Assembly (NCBI GenBank): GCA_026914155.1
Contig: JAPPGH010000063.1
Location: 34,283-98,282 of the forward strand
Length of the DNA stretch: 64,000 bases
Reading direction: 5' to 3'
Source: Candidatus Palauibacter rhopaloidicola
Lineage (GTDB): Bacteria > Gemmatimonadota > Gemmatimonadetes > Palauibacterales > Palauibacteraceae
Numbering within the stretch: the stretch's first letter is position 1; the number at the start of each line of letters is the position of its first letter. Under the pieces are notes generated by a model. It did not search any database, was not told where the DNA came from, and saw nothing but the letters and a program-made list of their open reading frames with translations. The position numbers were made by a program, and so were the translations under genes. This document shows, in pieces, positions 9,554 to 19,472 of the stretch.

Positions 9554-9674
9554 CGGTGAAACCGCGCGCGCGGCAGCGACGTACCCGTGACGTATCGATG
9601 ATGCACCCCCGGGCGCGGGCGATGCGGTTGCCCGGACCGCCCGCCGAGTCTCGAAATAAAGGTCGTTGTACAGG

Positions 9675-10988
9675 ATGAAGAAAGCGATCATCGCGGTCGT
9701 CGTCGTTGGACTTCTCGCGACCATGGGATTTCTCGCCACGCAGCGGCAAGGGCGTGGCGCCGTCGAAGTCCGCGTGGAGGCCGTCGGGTTGCGGGATCTG
9801 ATCGACGACGTCTCCGCGACGGGCCACATCGAGCCCAAGACGCAGGTTCAGATTACGACGGATGTCGCCGGGAGGATCATCGAACTCCCGGTGGAAGAGG
9901 GCCAGGACGTGGAGGAGGGGGCCCTCCTGCTCCAGATCGATCCGGCGCTGTTCCGGGCCGCCGTGCAGCGGGCCGAGGCCGCGCTGGCGCAGGCGCGCGC
10001 CAGCCAGGCTCAGCAGGATGCGGCCTACCAGCAGGCTCAGCGGGACGCGGACCGCATGACGGCGCTCCAGGCGCGCGGGACGGACTTCGTGACCGACGCC
10101 GAGGTTGAACAGGCGGTGACGAACGCCGATGTCCAGTCGCGCCTTCTCGAAGCCGCGGAGTACCAGGTCGAACAGGCCGAGGCGAATCTCGCGCAGGAGC
10201 GCGACCGGCTCGGGAAGACCACGATCCGGGCGCCGATGTCGGGCCGGATCACGCGGCTCAACGTCGAACGCGGCGAGACCGCGATCGTCGGGACGATGAA
10301 CAACCCGGGGACCGTGCTGCTGACGGTCGCGGACCTCTCTGTCATGGAGGCCGTGATCGAGGTGGACGAGACGGACGTGCCCGATATCTCCATCGGCGAT
10401 TCCGCCTACGTCGAGATCGACGCTTTTCCGAACCGGCGTTTCGTGGGGACCGTCACCGAGATCGGCAACAGCTCGATCGTCCCGTTGAATCCGGCCACGT
10501 CCGGCGGTTCGGCCCAGGCGATCGACTTCGAGGTCAAGATCGAACTGCGCGCGCCTCCCGAAGGGATCAGGCCGGACCTGTCGGCCACGGCCGACGTGAT
10601 CACGGCCACCCGCGACGGCGTAGCCAGCATCCCCATCACGGCGCTCACGCTGATGGATGCGGATGAGTACGAGGAGATCCCGAACGAGAATCTGCCCAGC
10701 GCGCCGAGCTCCGACGCGGCGCGGGACATCGAGGGCGTCTTCGTCGTGGAGGGCGACATGGTCCGCTTCCGGCCGGTGCAGATCGGTATCGCCGGCGAGA
10801 ACTACTTCGAGGTCGTGTCCGGGATCGAAGTCGGCACGACTGTCGTTTCCGGCTCGTTCCAGGCGATCCGCGAACTCAGCGACGGAAGCCGGATCCGGAT
10901 CGACGGGCCGGCCCCCGGGGCCGCCGCCAACCGCGAAGACGGTAGCGGAGGGAGCGACGCCGCGGTCAACGGGGAGAATGGACGATGA
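9675..10988 (+). CDS. efflux transporter periplasmic adaptor subunit (HlyD/MacA family)
   Basis: N-terminal anchor [14 protein letters not shown], lipoyl-like hairpin ([26 protein letters not shown] ... [18 protein letters not shown]) and a long coiled-coil between. The stop overlaps the ATPase start (ATGA). The track ORF starts at TTG 9666. Confidence 0.88.
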   Translation: MKKAIIAVVVVGLLATMGFLATQRQGRGAVEVRVEAVGLRDLIDDVSATGHIEPKTQVQITTDVAGRIIELPVEEGQDVEEGALLLQIDPALFRAAVQRAEAALAQARASQAQQDAAYQQAQRDADRMTALQARGTDFVTDAEVEQAVTNADVQSRLLEAAEYQVEQAEANLAQERDRLGKTTIRAPMSGRITRLNVERGETAIVGTMNNPGTVLLTVADLSVMEAVIEVDETDVPDISIGDSAYVEIDAFPNRRFVGTVTEIGNSSIVPLNPATSGGSAQAIDFEVKIELRAPPEGIRPDLSATADVITATRDGVASIPITALTLMDADEYEEIPNENLPSAPSSDAARDIEGVFVVEGDMVRFRPVQIGIAGENYFEVVSGIEVGTTVVSGSFQAIRELSDGSRIRIDGPAPGAAANREDGSGGSDAAVNGENGR

Positions 10989-12004
10989 GCGGAAACGGAC
11001 ATATGGAGTCGATCATCGTCACCCGCGATCTCCGGAAGGAGTACGTGATGGGCACGGAGACGGTGCACGCGCTGGCGGGCGTGGACATCGAAATCCTCCG
11101 GAACCAGTACGTGTCGATCATGGGGCCTTCGGGCTCGGGCAAGTCGACGCTCATGAACATGATCGGCTGCCTCGACTCCCCGACGAGCGGGGAGTACGTC
11201 CTCAACGGGCAGGCGGTCCAGGATCTGAGCGACGACAACCTGGCCCGGATTCGAAACCGGGAGATCGGTTTCGTGTTCCAGACGTTCAACCTCCTGCCGA
11301 GGGCGACGGCGCTGCACAACGTGGAACTGCCGCTCATCTACGCGGGAGTGTCGAGCCGGGACCGGCAGCAGCGGGCGGCGCAGGCGCTCGAGATCGTTCA
11401 GCTGGCCGACCGGATGGACCACAAGCCGAACGAACTTTCCGGCGGTCAGCGCCAGCGCGTGGCCATTGCGAGGGCTCTCGTCAACGACCCCTCGATCCTC
11501 CTCGCGGACGAGCCGACGGGCAACCTCGACTCCTCGACCTCCGAGGAGATCATGGATGTCTTCGACACGCTCCACGAGAACGGGCAGACCATCATCATGG
11601 TCACGCACGAGTACGACATCGCGGCCCGCTCCCAGCGCGTGATCACGCTCGTCGACGGCAAGGTCGAGGCGCAGATGTCGGTGGACTACTACCTCGCGCG
11701 CGGCCTCAAGCAGCCCACGGCAGCTCCGGTCGCGGCGGACCCGCCCGCGAGCCCGCAGCCCGAGCCCGCACGCGCTCCCGAGCCGGCGCCCGCGCCCGAG
11801 CCGGAGACCGCGCCCGAGCCGACACCGCCCCGCGAGACCGCTCCTTCACCATCCCCGGAGATCGCTCCAACGGCGCCGCCTCCGACGGCCACCCCGGTGG
11901 ACCCTGCGCCAGCCGAGGCCACCCCTCCAGCTCCGGGAACTCCGCGTCCCATCTCGAACCCGTGGGCGCCCCCGACCACACCGCCCATGGATGGTGGCCG
12001 CTAG
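10985..12004 (+). CDS. ABC transporter ATP-binding protein (MacB/LolD type) with proline-rich C-terminal tail
   Basis: Walker [11 protein letters not shown]-loop, signature [15 protein letters not shown], Walker [13 protein letters not shown] and H-loop VTHE. The last ~100 aa are a P/A/E low-complexity tail ([21 protein letters not shown]...). Confidence 0.92.
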   Translation: MSGNGHMESIIVTRDLRKEYVMGTETVHALAGVDIEILRNQYVSIMGPSGSGKSTLMNMIGCLDSPTSGEYVLNGQAVQDLSDDNLARIRNREIGFVFQTFNLLPRATALHNVELPLIYAGVSSRDRQQRAAQALEIVQLADRMDHKPNELSGGQRQRVAIARALVNDPSILLADEPTGNLDSSTSEEIMDVFDTLHENGQTIIMVTHEYDIAARSQRVITLVDGKVEAQMSVDYYLARGLKQPTAAPVAADPPASPQPEPARAPEPAPAPEPETAPEPTPPRETAPSPSPEIAPTAPPPTATPVDPAPAEATPPAPGTPRPISNPWAPPTTPPMDGGR

Positions 12005-12025
12005 CGGCCGCGCGACTCCCCGCCG

Positions 12026-13270
12026 ATGAGATTCTGGGAGGGCATTCGCCTGTCGCTGCAGCAGGTCCGGGCGCAGAAACTGAAGTCGTTCTTCGCGCTC
12101 CTCGGCATCAGCATCGGAATCACCTTCCTCATCGCCGTGATCGCGATCGTCGAAGGCGTGAACAGCTACGTTCGGGACGACTTCGCGGGTTCCCTCTTCG
12201 GCGTGAACACGTTCTCCGTCGTGCGGCGGCCGCAGATTCAGACCGGGGAGATCGACGAAGCGGAGCGTCGGCGGTGGCGGAGCAATCCCGAACTGACCAT
12301 GCGCGACGTGGAGGTCGTGCAGGACGCGGCGCCGAACGCCCGTTACCTCGCGTACTACGCCAATTCGTTCGCCGGATCGGTGCGCTACGGTCAGTACGAG
12401 CGGCGCAACGTGCGCATCATCGGAGGCTCGCCGGAGTATGGGGCGGTCCAGGGGTGGAACGTGGAGGAGGGCCGCGGGCTCACCCCCATCGACGACAATC
12501 AGGCGCTCGCGGTCGCCGTCATCGGGTCCCAGATCGCCGAGCGGCTCTTTCCCACGACCTCGCCCATCGACAAGCGCATCCGGGCGGGAGGACATCGCTT
12601 CCGGGTCATCGGCGTCCTGGAGCGCCAGGGCGGTTTGGCCGGGAATTTCCGCGACGCCGCCATCCTCATCCCGTTCGAGACGTTTCAGCGCACGGTGACG
12701 AGCCGGCGGCTCGAGGTCGACGGCATCACCGTGAAGGTCAACTCGGCCGAGGAACTGGAACCGGCCATGGCCGAAGTCGAGGGGGCGATGCGCACCTCCC
12801 GCCGGCTGCGGCCGTCCCAGCCCAACAACTTCGGCATCGACACGTCGAGCGCCGTGCTCGACGTATGGGCGACCGTAAACCGGATCCTCATGACCGCCCT
12901 CCCCGGCCTGGTCGGGATCTCGCTCGTGGTCGGGGGGATCGTGATCATGAACATCATGCTGCTCTCGGTCACGGACCGGACGCGCGAGATCGGACTCCGC
13001 AAGTCCCTCGGGGCGCGGCGGCGGGACGTTCTGTTCCAGTTCCTGACCGAAGCCTCCACGCTCTCGATCGCGGGGGCGGCGCTCGGCATCGGGACCGGAT
13101 TCGGGCTGGCGTTCCTCGTCGAGAGGATCTGGTCGCTCCCGGCCGCGGTCTCGGTCCCGGCAATGATCGTTTCGCTCGTGCTCGGGCTGGGCGTCGGTAT
13201 CGCCTCTGGACTCTATCCCGCGTACCGGGCGGCGCGGCTGGACCCGATCGAAGCCCTGAGGTTCGAGTGA
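12026..13270 (+). CDS. ABC transporter permease (MacB-like periplasmic domain + FtsX fold), paralog 1
   Basis: 414 aa: TM1, a large periplasmic domain, then the FtsX-type C-terminal 3-TM bundle with SVTDRTREIGLRKSLGARRRDVLFQFLTEA and a GLYPAYRAARLDPIEALRFE end. Confidence 0.9.
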   Translation: MRFWEGIRLSLQQVRAQKLKSFFALLGISIGITFLIAVIAIVEGVNSYVRDDFAGSLFGVNTFSVVRRPQIQTGEIDEAERRRWRSNPELTMRDVEVVQDAAPNARYLAYYANSFAGSVRYGQYERRNVRIIGGSPEYGAVQGWNVEEGRGLTPIDDNQALAVAVIGSQIAERLFPTTSPIDKRIRAGGHRFRVIGVLERQGGLAGNFRDAAILIPFETFQRTVTSRRLEVDGITVKVNSAEELEPAMAEVEGAMRTSRRLRPSQPNNFGIDTSSAVLDVWATVNRILMTALPGLVGISLVVGGIVIMNIMLLSVTDRTREIGLRKSLGARRRDVLFQFLTEASTLSIAGAALGIGTGFGLAFLVERIWSLPAAVSVPAMIVSLVLGLGVGIASGLYPAYRAARLDPIEALRFE

Positions 13271-13292
13271 ACGACGCCGGGATGATACCGCG

Positions 13293-14585
13293 ATGAAGGC
13301 GTCGCGCCGGGGCGGCATGGGCTTCGTTACGACGGTCACGGAGGGGATCGCCGTCGCCTTCGACTCGCTCAGCGCGAACAAGGTGCGGAGCAGCCTCACG
13401 ATTCTCGGCGTGACGATCGGCGTGCTCGTGGTCATGGTGATGGCCGCGATGATCACGGGGATCAACCGGAGCTTCTCGGAGTTGGTCGCCCCGAACGGGA
13501 TGACGACGTTCAACATCGTGCATTTCGACTTCTCGACGATCGACTTCACCGCCGGTCCGCTCGACGATGCAGAGAACGATTTCTTCAGAAATCCGCCACT
13601 GCAAGCGGAGTGGGCGAAGGAAATCGCGCGGATTCCGGAGATCCGCAGCGCGGCGGCGGTCGTAGACCTCGCGGGGTCGGGCTACGAAGCGAGCGTGGGA
13701 TCCGAGCGCGTCGAGATTTCGCTCTATGGCGTCGACGCCGACTACCTGGAGATTTCGAGCGGCGACATCATCTCCGGCCGCTGGTTCACGCAGCTCGAGG
13801 CGGATCGGCGCGCCGCGGTCGTGGTCATCGACTCGGCCACGGCGGTGGGATTGTTCGGGAGCCGGGATCCGCTCGGTCGCGACATTCGGATCTCCCGGCG
13901 CAGCGAAGGATCCAGACTTCGGGTGATCGGCGTTTACCGCCCGCCGGCCAACCTCTTCGCGGGCCTGGCGACGCACTACGTGTGGCTCCCCTTCGCGACG
14001 GCGGACAAGGTGCTGCGGGTGTGGGACCGCCAGATCGCCCTCACGGTGCGACCGGAAGCCGAAGCAGATCTCGAGACGGCGCTGGATGCGACCCGCGCGC
14101 GCATGCGGCAACTGCGCGGATTGAAGCCGGGCGAGGAAGATGATTTCGCGTTCATGACCTCCGACCAGATCCTGAGTCTGTGGGGGCAGCTGACGGGCGT
14201 CCTGTTCGCGGCCATGGTGGGTCTGTCGAGCATCGGGCTGCTCGTCGGGGGCGTCGGCGTCATCGGGATCATGATGATCTCCGTTACGGAACGGACCCGC
14301 GAGATCGGGCTGCGGAAGGCGATGGGGAGCCGGCGGCGGGACATCATGTGGCAGTTCCTCGTCGAGGCCGCCACGCTCACCCTGCTCGGCGGCGCGACGG
14401 GGATGCTGATCGGCGGCCTGCTCGTGTGGGGCGTGAACCAGTGGACGCCCCTGCCCGCGGTCGTCCCGCTGTGGTCGGTGGCGGCCGCGTTGCTGGCGTC
14501 GATCCTCACGGGAGTGGGATTCGGGCTCTACCCGGCTTCGCGGGCCGCGTCGCTCGACCCGATCGAAGCGCTGCGTCACGAGTAG
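13293..14585 (+). CDS. ABC transporter permease (MacB-like/FtsX), paralog 2
   Basis: 430 aa with the same architecture (SVTERTREIGLRKAMGSRRRDIMWQFLVEAATLTLLGG ... LDPIEALRHE). It aligns end-to-end with the next ORF. Confidence 0.9.
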   Translation: MKASRRGGMGFVTTVTEGIAVAFDSLSANKVRSSLTILGVTIGVLVVMVMAAMITGINRSFSELVAPNGMTTFNIVHFDFSTIDFTAGPLDDAENDFFRNPPLQAEWAKEIARIPEIRSAAAVVDLAGSGYEASVGSERVEISLYGVDADYLEISSGDIISGRWFTQLEADRRAAVVVIDSATAVGLFGSRDPLGRDIRISRRSEGSRLRVIGVYRPPANLFAGLATHYVWLPFATADKVLRVWDRQIALTVRPEAEADLETALDATRARMRQLRGLKPGEEDDFAFMTSDQILSLWGQLTGVLFAAMVGLSSIGLLVGGVGVIGIMMISVTERTREIGLRKAMGSRRRDIMWQFLVEAATLTLLGGATGMLIGGLLVWGVNQWTPLPAVVPLWSVAAALLASILTGVGFGLYPASRAASLDPIEALRHE

Positions 14586-14588
14586 GAC

Positions 14589-15878
14589 ATGAGCACGCGC
14601 CCGGGCGGTGGAATGGGCTTCGTTTCGACGGTCGCCGAAGGGATCGCCGTCGCTTTCGATTCGATCGGGGCCAACAAGATCCGCAGCGGCCTGACAATTC
14701 TCGGCGTGACGATCGGGGTGCTCGTCGTGATGGTCATGGCGGCGGTCATCACCGGCATCAACGGCAGCTTCTCGGAACTCATGTCGCCGCGTGGGATCAC
14801 GACGTTCTGGGTAGCTCACTTCGACTTCACGTCCACAACCCTGTCGGGTCCGCTGGACGAAGATGAGCCCGACTTTCTCAAGAACGAACCGCTCGATCCG
14901 GATTGGGCCATGGAGCTCGGCCGCTTACCCGGGATCCAGAGCGCCGCCGCATTCGTGGACCTGAGTCAGGAGAGCTACGAGGCAAGTGTCAGGGGTGACC
15001 GGGTCGAGATCTCCCTGCTGGGCGCGGGCGCCGATTATCTGGAGATCGACGGCGGGGACATCATCGCCGGCCGCTGGTTCACGCAGGCGGAGGCCGAGCG
15101 GCGGGCGCAGGTGACGGTCATCGATTCGGCCACCGCGGTCGATCTCTTCGGGAACCGCAACCCGCTCGACCGGGAGGTTCGGATCGGGCGGGGCAACGAG
15201 GCCGCGGTCTTCCGGGTCATCGGCATCTACCGGGTGGCGCCCAACCTCTTCGCCGGTCTGGCGACGCACTGGGTGTGGGTGCCGTTCGCGACAGCCGACA
15301 AAGTGCTGCGCGTGTGGGATCGCATGATCAGCTTCGTGGTCCGGCCGGAGCCCGAGACGGAACTGCAGTTGGCGATCGATGCGACGCACGCGCGCATGCG
15401 CCAGCTCCGCAACCTGAAGCCGGGCGAGGAGGACGACTTCGCGATCATGACCGAAGACCAGATGCTCGAGTTGTGGGCACAGCTTACGGGGGTTCTGTTC
15501 GCCGCCATGGTCGGCCTCTCGAGCATCGGGCTCATGGTGGGGGGTGTCGGCGTGATCGGGATCATGATGATCTCCGTGACGGAAAGAACGCGGGAGATTG
15601 GGCTGCGGAAGGCGATGGGCGGGCGGCGGCGAGACATCATGTGGCAGTTTCTGGTCGAGGCGGCCACGCTCACGCTGCTCGGTGGAGCCACCGGGATGCT
15701 GATGGGCGGTGCGATCGTGTGGGCGGTGAACCAGTTGACGCCGCTGCCGGCGGTCGTGCCGCTGTGGTCGATCCTGGCCGCCCTTGCGGCGTCCGTGCTG
15801 ACGGGGATCGGTTTCGGGCTCTACCCGGCCTCCCGGGCCGCGGGGTTGGACCCCATCGACGCGCTGCGCTACGAGTAG
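14589..15878 (+). CDS. ABC transporter permease (MacB-like/FtsX), paralog 3
   Basis: 429 aa, collinear with and highly similar to 13293..14585 (for example GGMGFVSTVAEGIAVAFDSIGANKIRSGLTILGVTIGVLVVMVMAA). This looks like a tandem duplication. Confidence 0.9.
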   Translation: MSTRPGGGMGFVSTVAEGIAVAFDSIGANKIRSGLTILGVTIGVLVVMVMAAVITGINGSFSELMSPRGITTFWVAHFDFTSTTLSGPLDEDEPDFLKNEPLDPDWAMELGRLPGIQSAAAFVDLSQESYEASVRGDRVEISLLGAGADYLEIDGGDIIAGRWFTQAEAERRAQVTVIDSATAVDLFGNRNPLDREVRIGRGNEAAVFRVIGIYRVAPNLFAGLATHWVWVPFATADKVLRVWDRMISFVVRPEPETELQLAIDATHARMRQLRNLKPGEEDDFAIMTEDQMLELWAQLTGVLFAAMVGLSSIGLMVGGVGVIGIMMISVTERTREIGLRKAMGGRRRDIMWQFLVEAATLTLLGGATGMLMGGAIVWAVNQLTPLPAVVPLWSILAALAASVLTGIGFGLYPASRAAGLDPIDALRYE

Positions 15879-15907
15879 GCGGCTGAAAGCGAGCGATTGA
15901 CCGCCCG

Positions 15908-16633
15908 ATGACCGAAACACCGCTGGACATCCTCGCGGTAGCGGCACATCCCGACGACGCGGAACTCACCTGCGGCGGGACGCTGGCCCGCGCCGCGGAG
16001 CAGGGGTACCGGACGGGGATCCTCGACCTCACGCGCGGCGAGATGGCCTCGCGCGGCACCCCCGAGCGTCGGGCCGAGGAGGCGGCCCGGGCCGCGGCGG
16101 TGCTGGGGGTGGCGGTTCGGGTCAACGCCGGACTCCCGGACGCACGGCTCGAGAACTCGCTGGAGGCGCGGCGGGTCGTCGTCGGACACCTGCGGGACCT
16201 CGCCCCCGCGACCGTGATTCTGCCCTGGCCGCGCGGGCGCCATCCGGATCACCGGGTCGCCTCGGAACTCGCGCGCGACGCCTGCTTCCTCGCGGGACTG
16301 CGGGAGTATGAAGGCGGACCGGGGCGACGCCCGGAGAAGATCCTCTACGCGATGGCGTACCGGGAGGACGCGGTGAAGCCGACCTTCGTCGTCCCGCTCA
16401 CGGAAGCGCAGTTCCAGCGCAAGGTCGAGGCGGCGCGGTGCTACGCTTCACAGTTCGAGGGCGCGACGGCGGCGGGCGAGATCTTCCCCACGGGGCAGTC
16501 GCTCGTCGAACGCATCGAGACGGCTTCGCGGCACTACGGCTCGCTGATCCGGGCGCCGCACGGGGAACCGTTCCGTACCGATGAGACGATGCGCGTGAGC
16601 GATGTCACGCGCCTCGGGGTCCGCTCGTTGTAG
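15908..16633 (+). CDS. bshB1: PIG-L/LmbE family deacetylase, BshB1-like (bacillithiol biosynthesis)
   Basis: 241 aa with LAVAAHPDDAELTCGGTLA (AHPDD zinc motif), HPDH, and the length and layout typical of BshB1. The exact substrate is inferred from family resemblance only. Confidence 0.7.
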   Translation: MTETPLDILAVAAHPDDAELTCGGTLARAAEQGYRTGILDLTRGEMASRGTPERRAEEAARAAAVLGVAVRVNAGLPDARLENSLEARRVVVGHLRDLAPATVILPWPRGRHPDHRVASELARDACFLAGLREYEGGPGRRPEKILYAMAYREDAVKPTFVVPLTEAQFQRKVEAARCYASQFEGATAAGEIFPTGQSLVERIETASRHYGSLIRAPHGEPFRTDETMRVSDVTRLGVRSL

Positions 16634-16640
16634 GTAGCGG

Positions 16641-17075
16641 TCAGCCGCAGCGAACCTCGACGAGGAGGCGCTTCCAACTCGGGACCGACTCGGCCCCCAC
16701 CTTGATCACCTGCACCCGCGCCGCGCCGCCTCGCCGCATCCACGGGGCGAGCCAGGCGCCGATCTCCCGGGGAAGGTGGCCGACGGGGTCACCCCCGCGG
16801 ATATGGACCCACACATCGTCGGGGTCGCCTCCGGGCGGGTCGGGGATCAGGAGGAGTTCCTCCTTCGGGCCTACGGCGTCGAGGTGGCGGGCGCGGTCTT
16901 CGAAGGCGAGTCCGTGGACGGTGGTGCGGAACACCGGGGCCCCGAGCGGTGGTATGTTCTGCTCGTCGGACGTGGGCCCTGTGGGGCTTGGCGCCGGGGG
17001 GGTGGGCCCCGGCGCGGAACGTGGTGGTTCCATGTACTCCATCCCGAGTTGCGGCGTCGTTTGAAGCTTCGACAC
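16641..17075 (-). CDS. HIRAN-domain-like protein with proline-rich N-terminus
   Basis: 144 aa. The C-terminal ~95 aa (TTVHGLAFEDRARHLDAVGPKEELLLIPDPPGGDPDDVWVHIRGGDPVGHLPREIGAWLAPWMRRGG..RVQVIKV) follow the HIRAN pattern as I remember it (V.G..y.....l..g..l.L.rep.N..D.nAi.V....g..iGylpre.a..l). Confidence 0.45.
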   Translation of the reverse strand: MSKLQTTPQLGMEYMEPPRSAPGPTPPAPSPTGPTSDEQNIPPLGAPVFRTTVHGLAFEDRARHLDAVGPKEELLLIPDPPGGDPDDVWVHIRGGDPVGHLPREIGAWLAPWMRRGGAARVQVIKVGAESVPSWKRLLVEVRCG

Positions 17076-17122
17076 AATAGACCCTCCTTGCGCGGCGGGC
17101 GAATCCGAACCGAAATGCGACG

Positions 17123-18295
17123 ATGATACAGCCGGAACAGGAGCGGCTTTACCTCGATTACGCGGCGACCTGGCCGATGCGGCCGGAGGTGTGGGATGCC
17201 ATGGGAGCGGAGCTGCGTCACGGCTTCAATCCCGCGAGCGCACACGCCCCTGGGCGCCGGGCTCATCGCTGTCTCGAGGTCGCGCGCGGGCGGATCGCGG
17301 ATCTGCTCGGGTGCCCGCGCTCATCCATCTACTTCACGGGTGGCGGCACGCAGTCGGACAACCTCGCGATCCTTGGCTTCATCCGGTCGAATCCGAGGCG
17401 CAGCCCGCGCGTGTTCGTGTCCGCGATCGAGCACAAGGCGTGCCTCGAGGCGGCGGACCGCGGCGTTGTGGAGGGGGCCCGCGCGGCGCGGATTCCCGTG
17501 GACCGCTCGGGCACGATCGATCTCGCGTGGTTGCGGCGGGAACTCGCGGCGGACCCGGACGCGCCGACGCTGATCTCGGTGATGTGGGCGAACAACGAGA
17601 TCGGTACGGTGCAGGCGATGGCGGACATCGTGGAACTGGGCCACGAATACGGGGCGCTCGTGCACACGGACGCCGTGCAGGCTCTGGGGAAGGTGGACTG
17701 CGACCTGGAGCGGACGCCGGTCGACCTCCTGTCGGCGACGGCGCACAAGCTCGGCGGTCCGGTGGGGATCGGCCTCCTCTACCAGCGGCCGGGGGTGACG
17801 CTGGAGCCGCTGAGCTACGGCGGCGGACAGGAACGGTCCATGTGGCCGGGCACGCAGAACCCGATCGGCGCGACGGGCTTCGCGGCGGCGCTCGCGCTCG
17901 CGCTCGAGGACCGCGAGGCGGCGGTTGCGCGCTGGACCGGCCTGCGCGACCACCTCGAGGCGCGCATCCGGGCGGAGATTCCCGACGCCCGGATCCATGC
18001 CGGCGACGCGCCGCTGCGGATGCCGAACCTCGTCAGCGCGGGGATTCCGGGGTGTGACAGCGGAGCCGTGCTCGTGTCCCTCGACTTCGAGGGGATCGCC
18101 GTCTCGGGCGGATCGGCCTGCGGCTCTGACTCGAGCGTCGGCTCCGACGTGCTGGACGCCATCGGGATCACGAGCGATGGCCCGTACGCCGCCGTGCGCT
18201 TCAGCTTCGGCCACGACACGTCCCGGGTGGAGATCGATTCGGCGGCCGACGCCCTGGCGCGGGTGGCGGCGCGGGTCGTCGCCATCACAGCCTGA
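17123..18295 (+). CDS. cysteine desulfurase (NifS/IscS class V aminotransferase)
   Basis: 390 aa: LYLDYAAT, FTGGGTQSDN, SATAHKLGGPVGIGLL (PLP-lysine context) and the active-site loop GGSACGS. It sits immediately upstream of mnmA, a common pairing. Confidence 0.88.
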   Translation: MIQPEQERLYLDYAATWPMRPEVWDAMGAELRHGFNPASAHAPGRRAHRCLEVARGRIADLLGCPRSSIYFTGGGTQSDNLAILGFIRSNPRRSPRVFVSAIEHKACLEAADRGVVEGARAARIPVDRSGTIDLAWLRRELAADPDAPTLISVMWANNEIGTVQAMADIVELGHEYGALVHTDAVQALGKVDCDLERTPVDLLSATAHKLGGPVGIGLLYQRPGVTLEPLSYGGGQERSMWPGTQNPIGATGFAAALALALEDREAAVARWTGLRDHLEARIRAEIPDARIHAGDAPLRMPNLVSAGIPGCDSGAVLVSLDFEGIAVSGGSACGSDSSVGSDVLDAIGITSDGPYAAVRFSFGHDTSRVEIDSAADALARVAARVVAITA

Positions 18296-18307
18296 GATCG
18301 CGCGCCC

Positions 18308-19405
18308 ATGATCGCCCCCGGCCGCCTCGCGAACTCCGTGCTCGTCGCCATGTCGGGCGGGGTGGACTCGTCGCTTACCGCCGCGCTGCTCGCGCGCGAG
18401 GGCCGCCCGATCATCGGCGTGACGATGAAGACCTTCTGCTACACCGGCAGCGAGGGCCCGACGCGCACCTGCTGCGGCCTCGACGGGATCGCGGACGCCA
18501 AGTCCGTCGCGGCCCAGCTCGACATGCCGCACCACGTGTTCGACGTGGAGGAGGAGTTCACGCGCGACGTGATCGACGACTTCGTGTCGGAGTACGCGGC
18601 CGGCCGCACGCCGATCCCGTGCGTCCGCTGCAACAGCTTCACGAAGTTTCGGGACCTGCTCGTGCGGGCGGACGCGCTGGACTGCCGCTGGCTGGCTACG
18701 GGGCACTATGCGCGCGTGGTCCGGCCCCACTCCGGCCCGCCGGCACTCCACCTCGGCGCGGACGACCACAAGGACCAGACGTACTTCCTGTGGGGGATGC
18801 CCCGCGAGGCGCTCGACCGCCTTCTGCTGCCGGTGGGCGAACTCACGAAGCCGCAGGTAAGGGCGGAGGCGCGGCGGCTCGGCCTCGACACGGCGGACAA
18901 GCCGGAGTCGTTCGAGATCTGCTTCGTCCCCGACAACGACTACGCCGGGGTCCTGCGCCGATACCTGCCGGAAGACCACCCTGCCCTCTCGCCCGGCGTC
19001 ATCCGCTTCGAGGACGGCTCCGACGCGGGCGAGCACCCGGGCTACGCGCACTACACGGTGGGACAGCGCAAGGGACTCCCGGGCGGATTCCCCGAGCCCA
19101 TGTTCGTGCTCGAGATCCGGCCGGATTCGCGCGACGTCATCATCGGGCCGCGGGCCTCACTGGCGCGCTCACGCATCGGCGCCCGGGGCGTGAACTGGCT
19201 GGCCGAGCCCCCCGCCGCCGGCGAGCGCATCGGCGTACGGATTCGGCACGGGGCGGCGATCGTCGAGGCCGAGGTCATCGAGGCGACGCCGACCGGCTTC
19301 TCGCTGGAGCTCCCCATCCCGCAGTCGGCCATCACGCCCGGACAGAGCGCCGTGCTCTACCGGGACGATCTCGTCCTCGGCGGCGGCATTATCGTCTCGA
19401 ACTGA
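18308..19405 (+). CDS. mnmA: tRNA 2-thiouridine(34) synthase
   Basis: 365 aa with the PP-loop VAMSGGVDSS, IPCVRCN, GHYAR and KDQTYFL, all MnmA hallmarks. Confidence 0.93.
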   Translation: MIAPGRLANSVLVAMSGGVDSSLTAALLAREGRPIIGVTMKTFCYTGSEGPTRTCCGLDGIADAKSVAAQLDMPHHVFDVEEEFTRDVIDDFVSEYAAGRTPIPCVRCNSFTKFRDLLVRADALDCRWLATGHYARVVRPHSGPPALHLGADDHKDQTYFLWGMPREALDRLLLPVGELTKPQVRAEARRLGLDTADKPESFEICFVPDNDYAGVLRRYLPEDHPALSPGVIRFEDGSDAGEHPGYAHYTVGQRKGLPGGFPEPMFVLEIRPDSRDVIIGPRASLARSRIGARGVNWLAEPPAAGERIGVRIRHGAAIVEAEVIEATPTGFSLELPIPQSAITPGQSAVLYRDDLVLGGGIIVSN

Positions 19406-19472
19406 CGGCCGGCGCGAAGGCGGCCCCGCCGGCGGGCGCCGGGTCGGCCCCGCGAGCGGCCGGCGCCGCGGG

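Noticed and set aside
19425-19436. Perfect 12-nt palindrome CCCGCCGGCGGG between convergent mnmA and dnaJ as a bidirectional terminator
   Set aside because: A contiguous palindrome leaves no loop, so the effective stem is about 4 bp. There are no flanking U or A runs. GC-rich palindromes of this size are expected by chance here.
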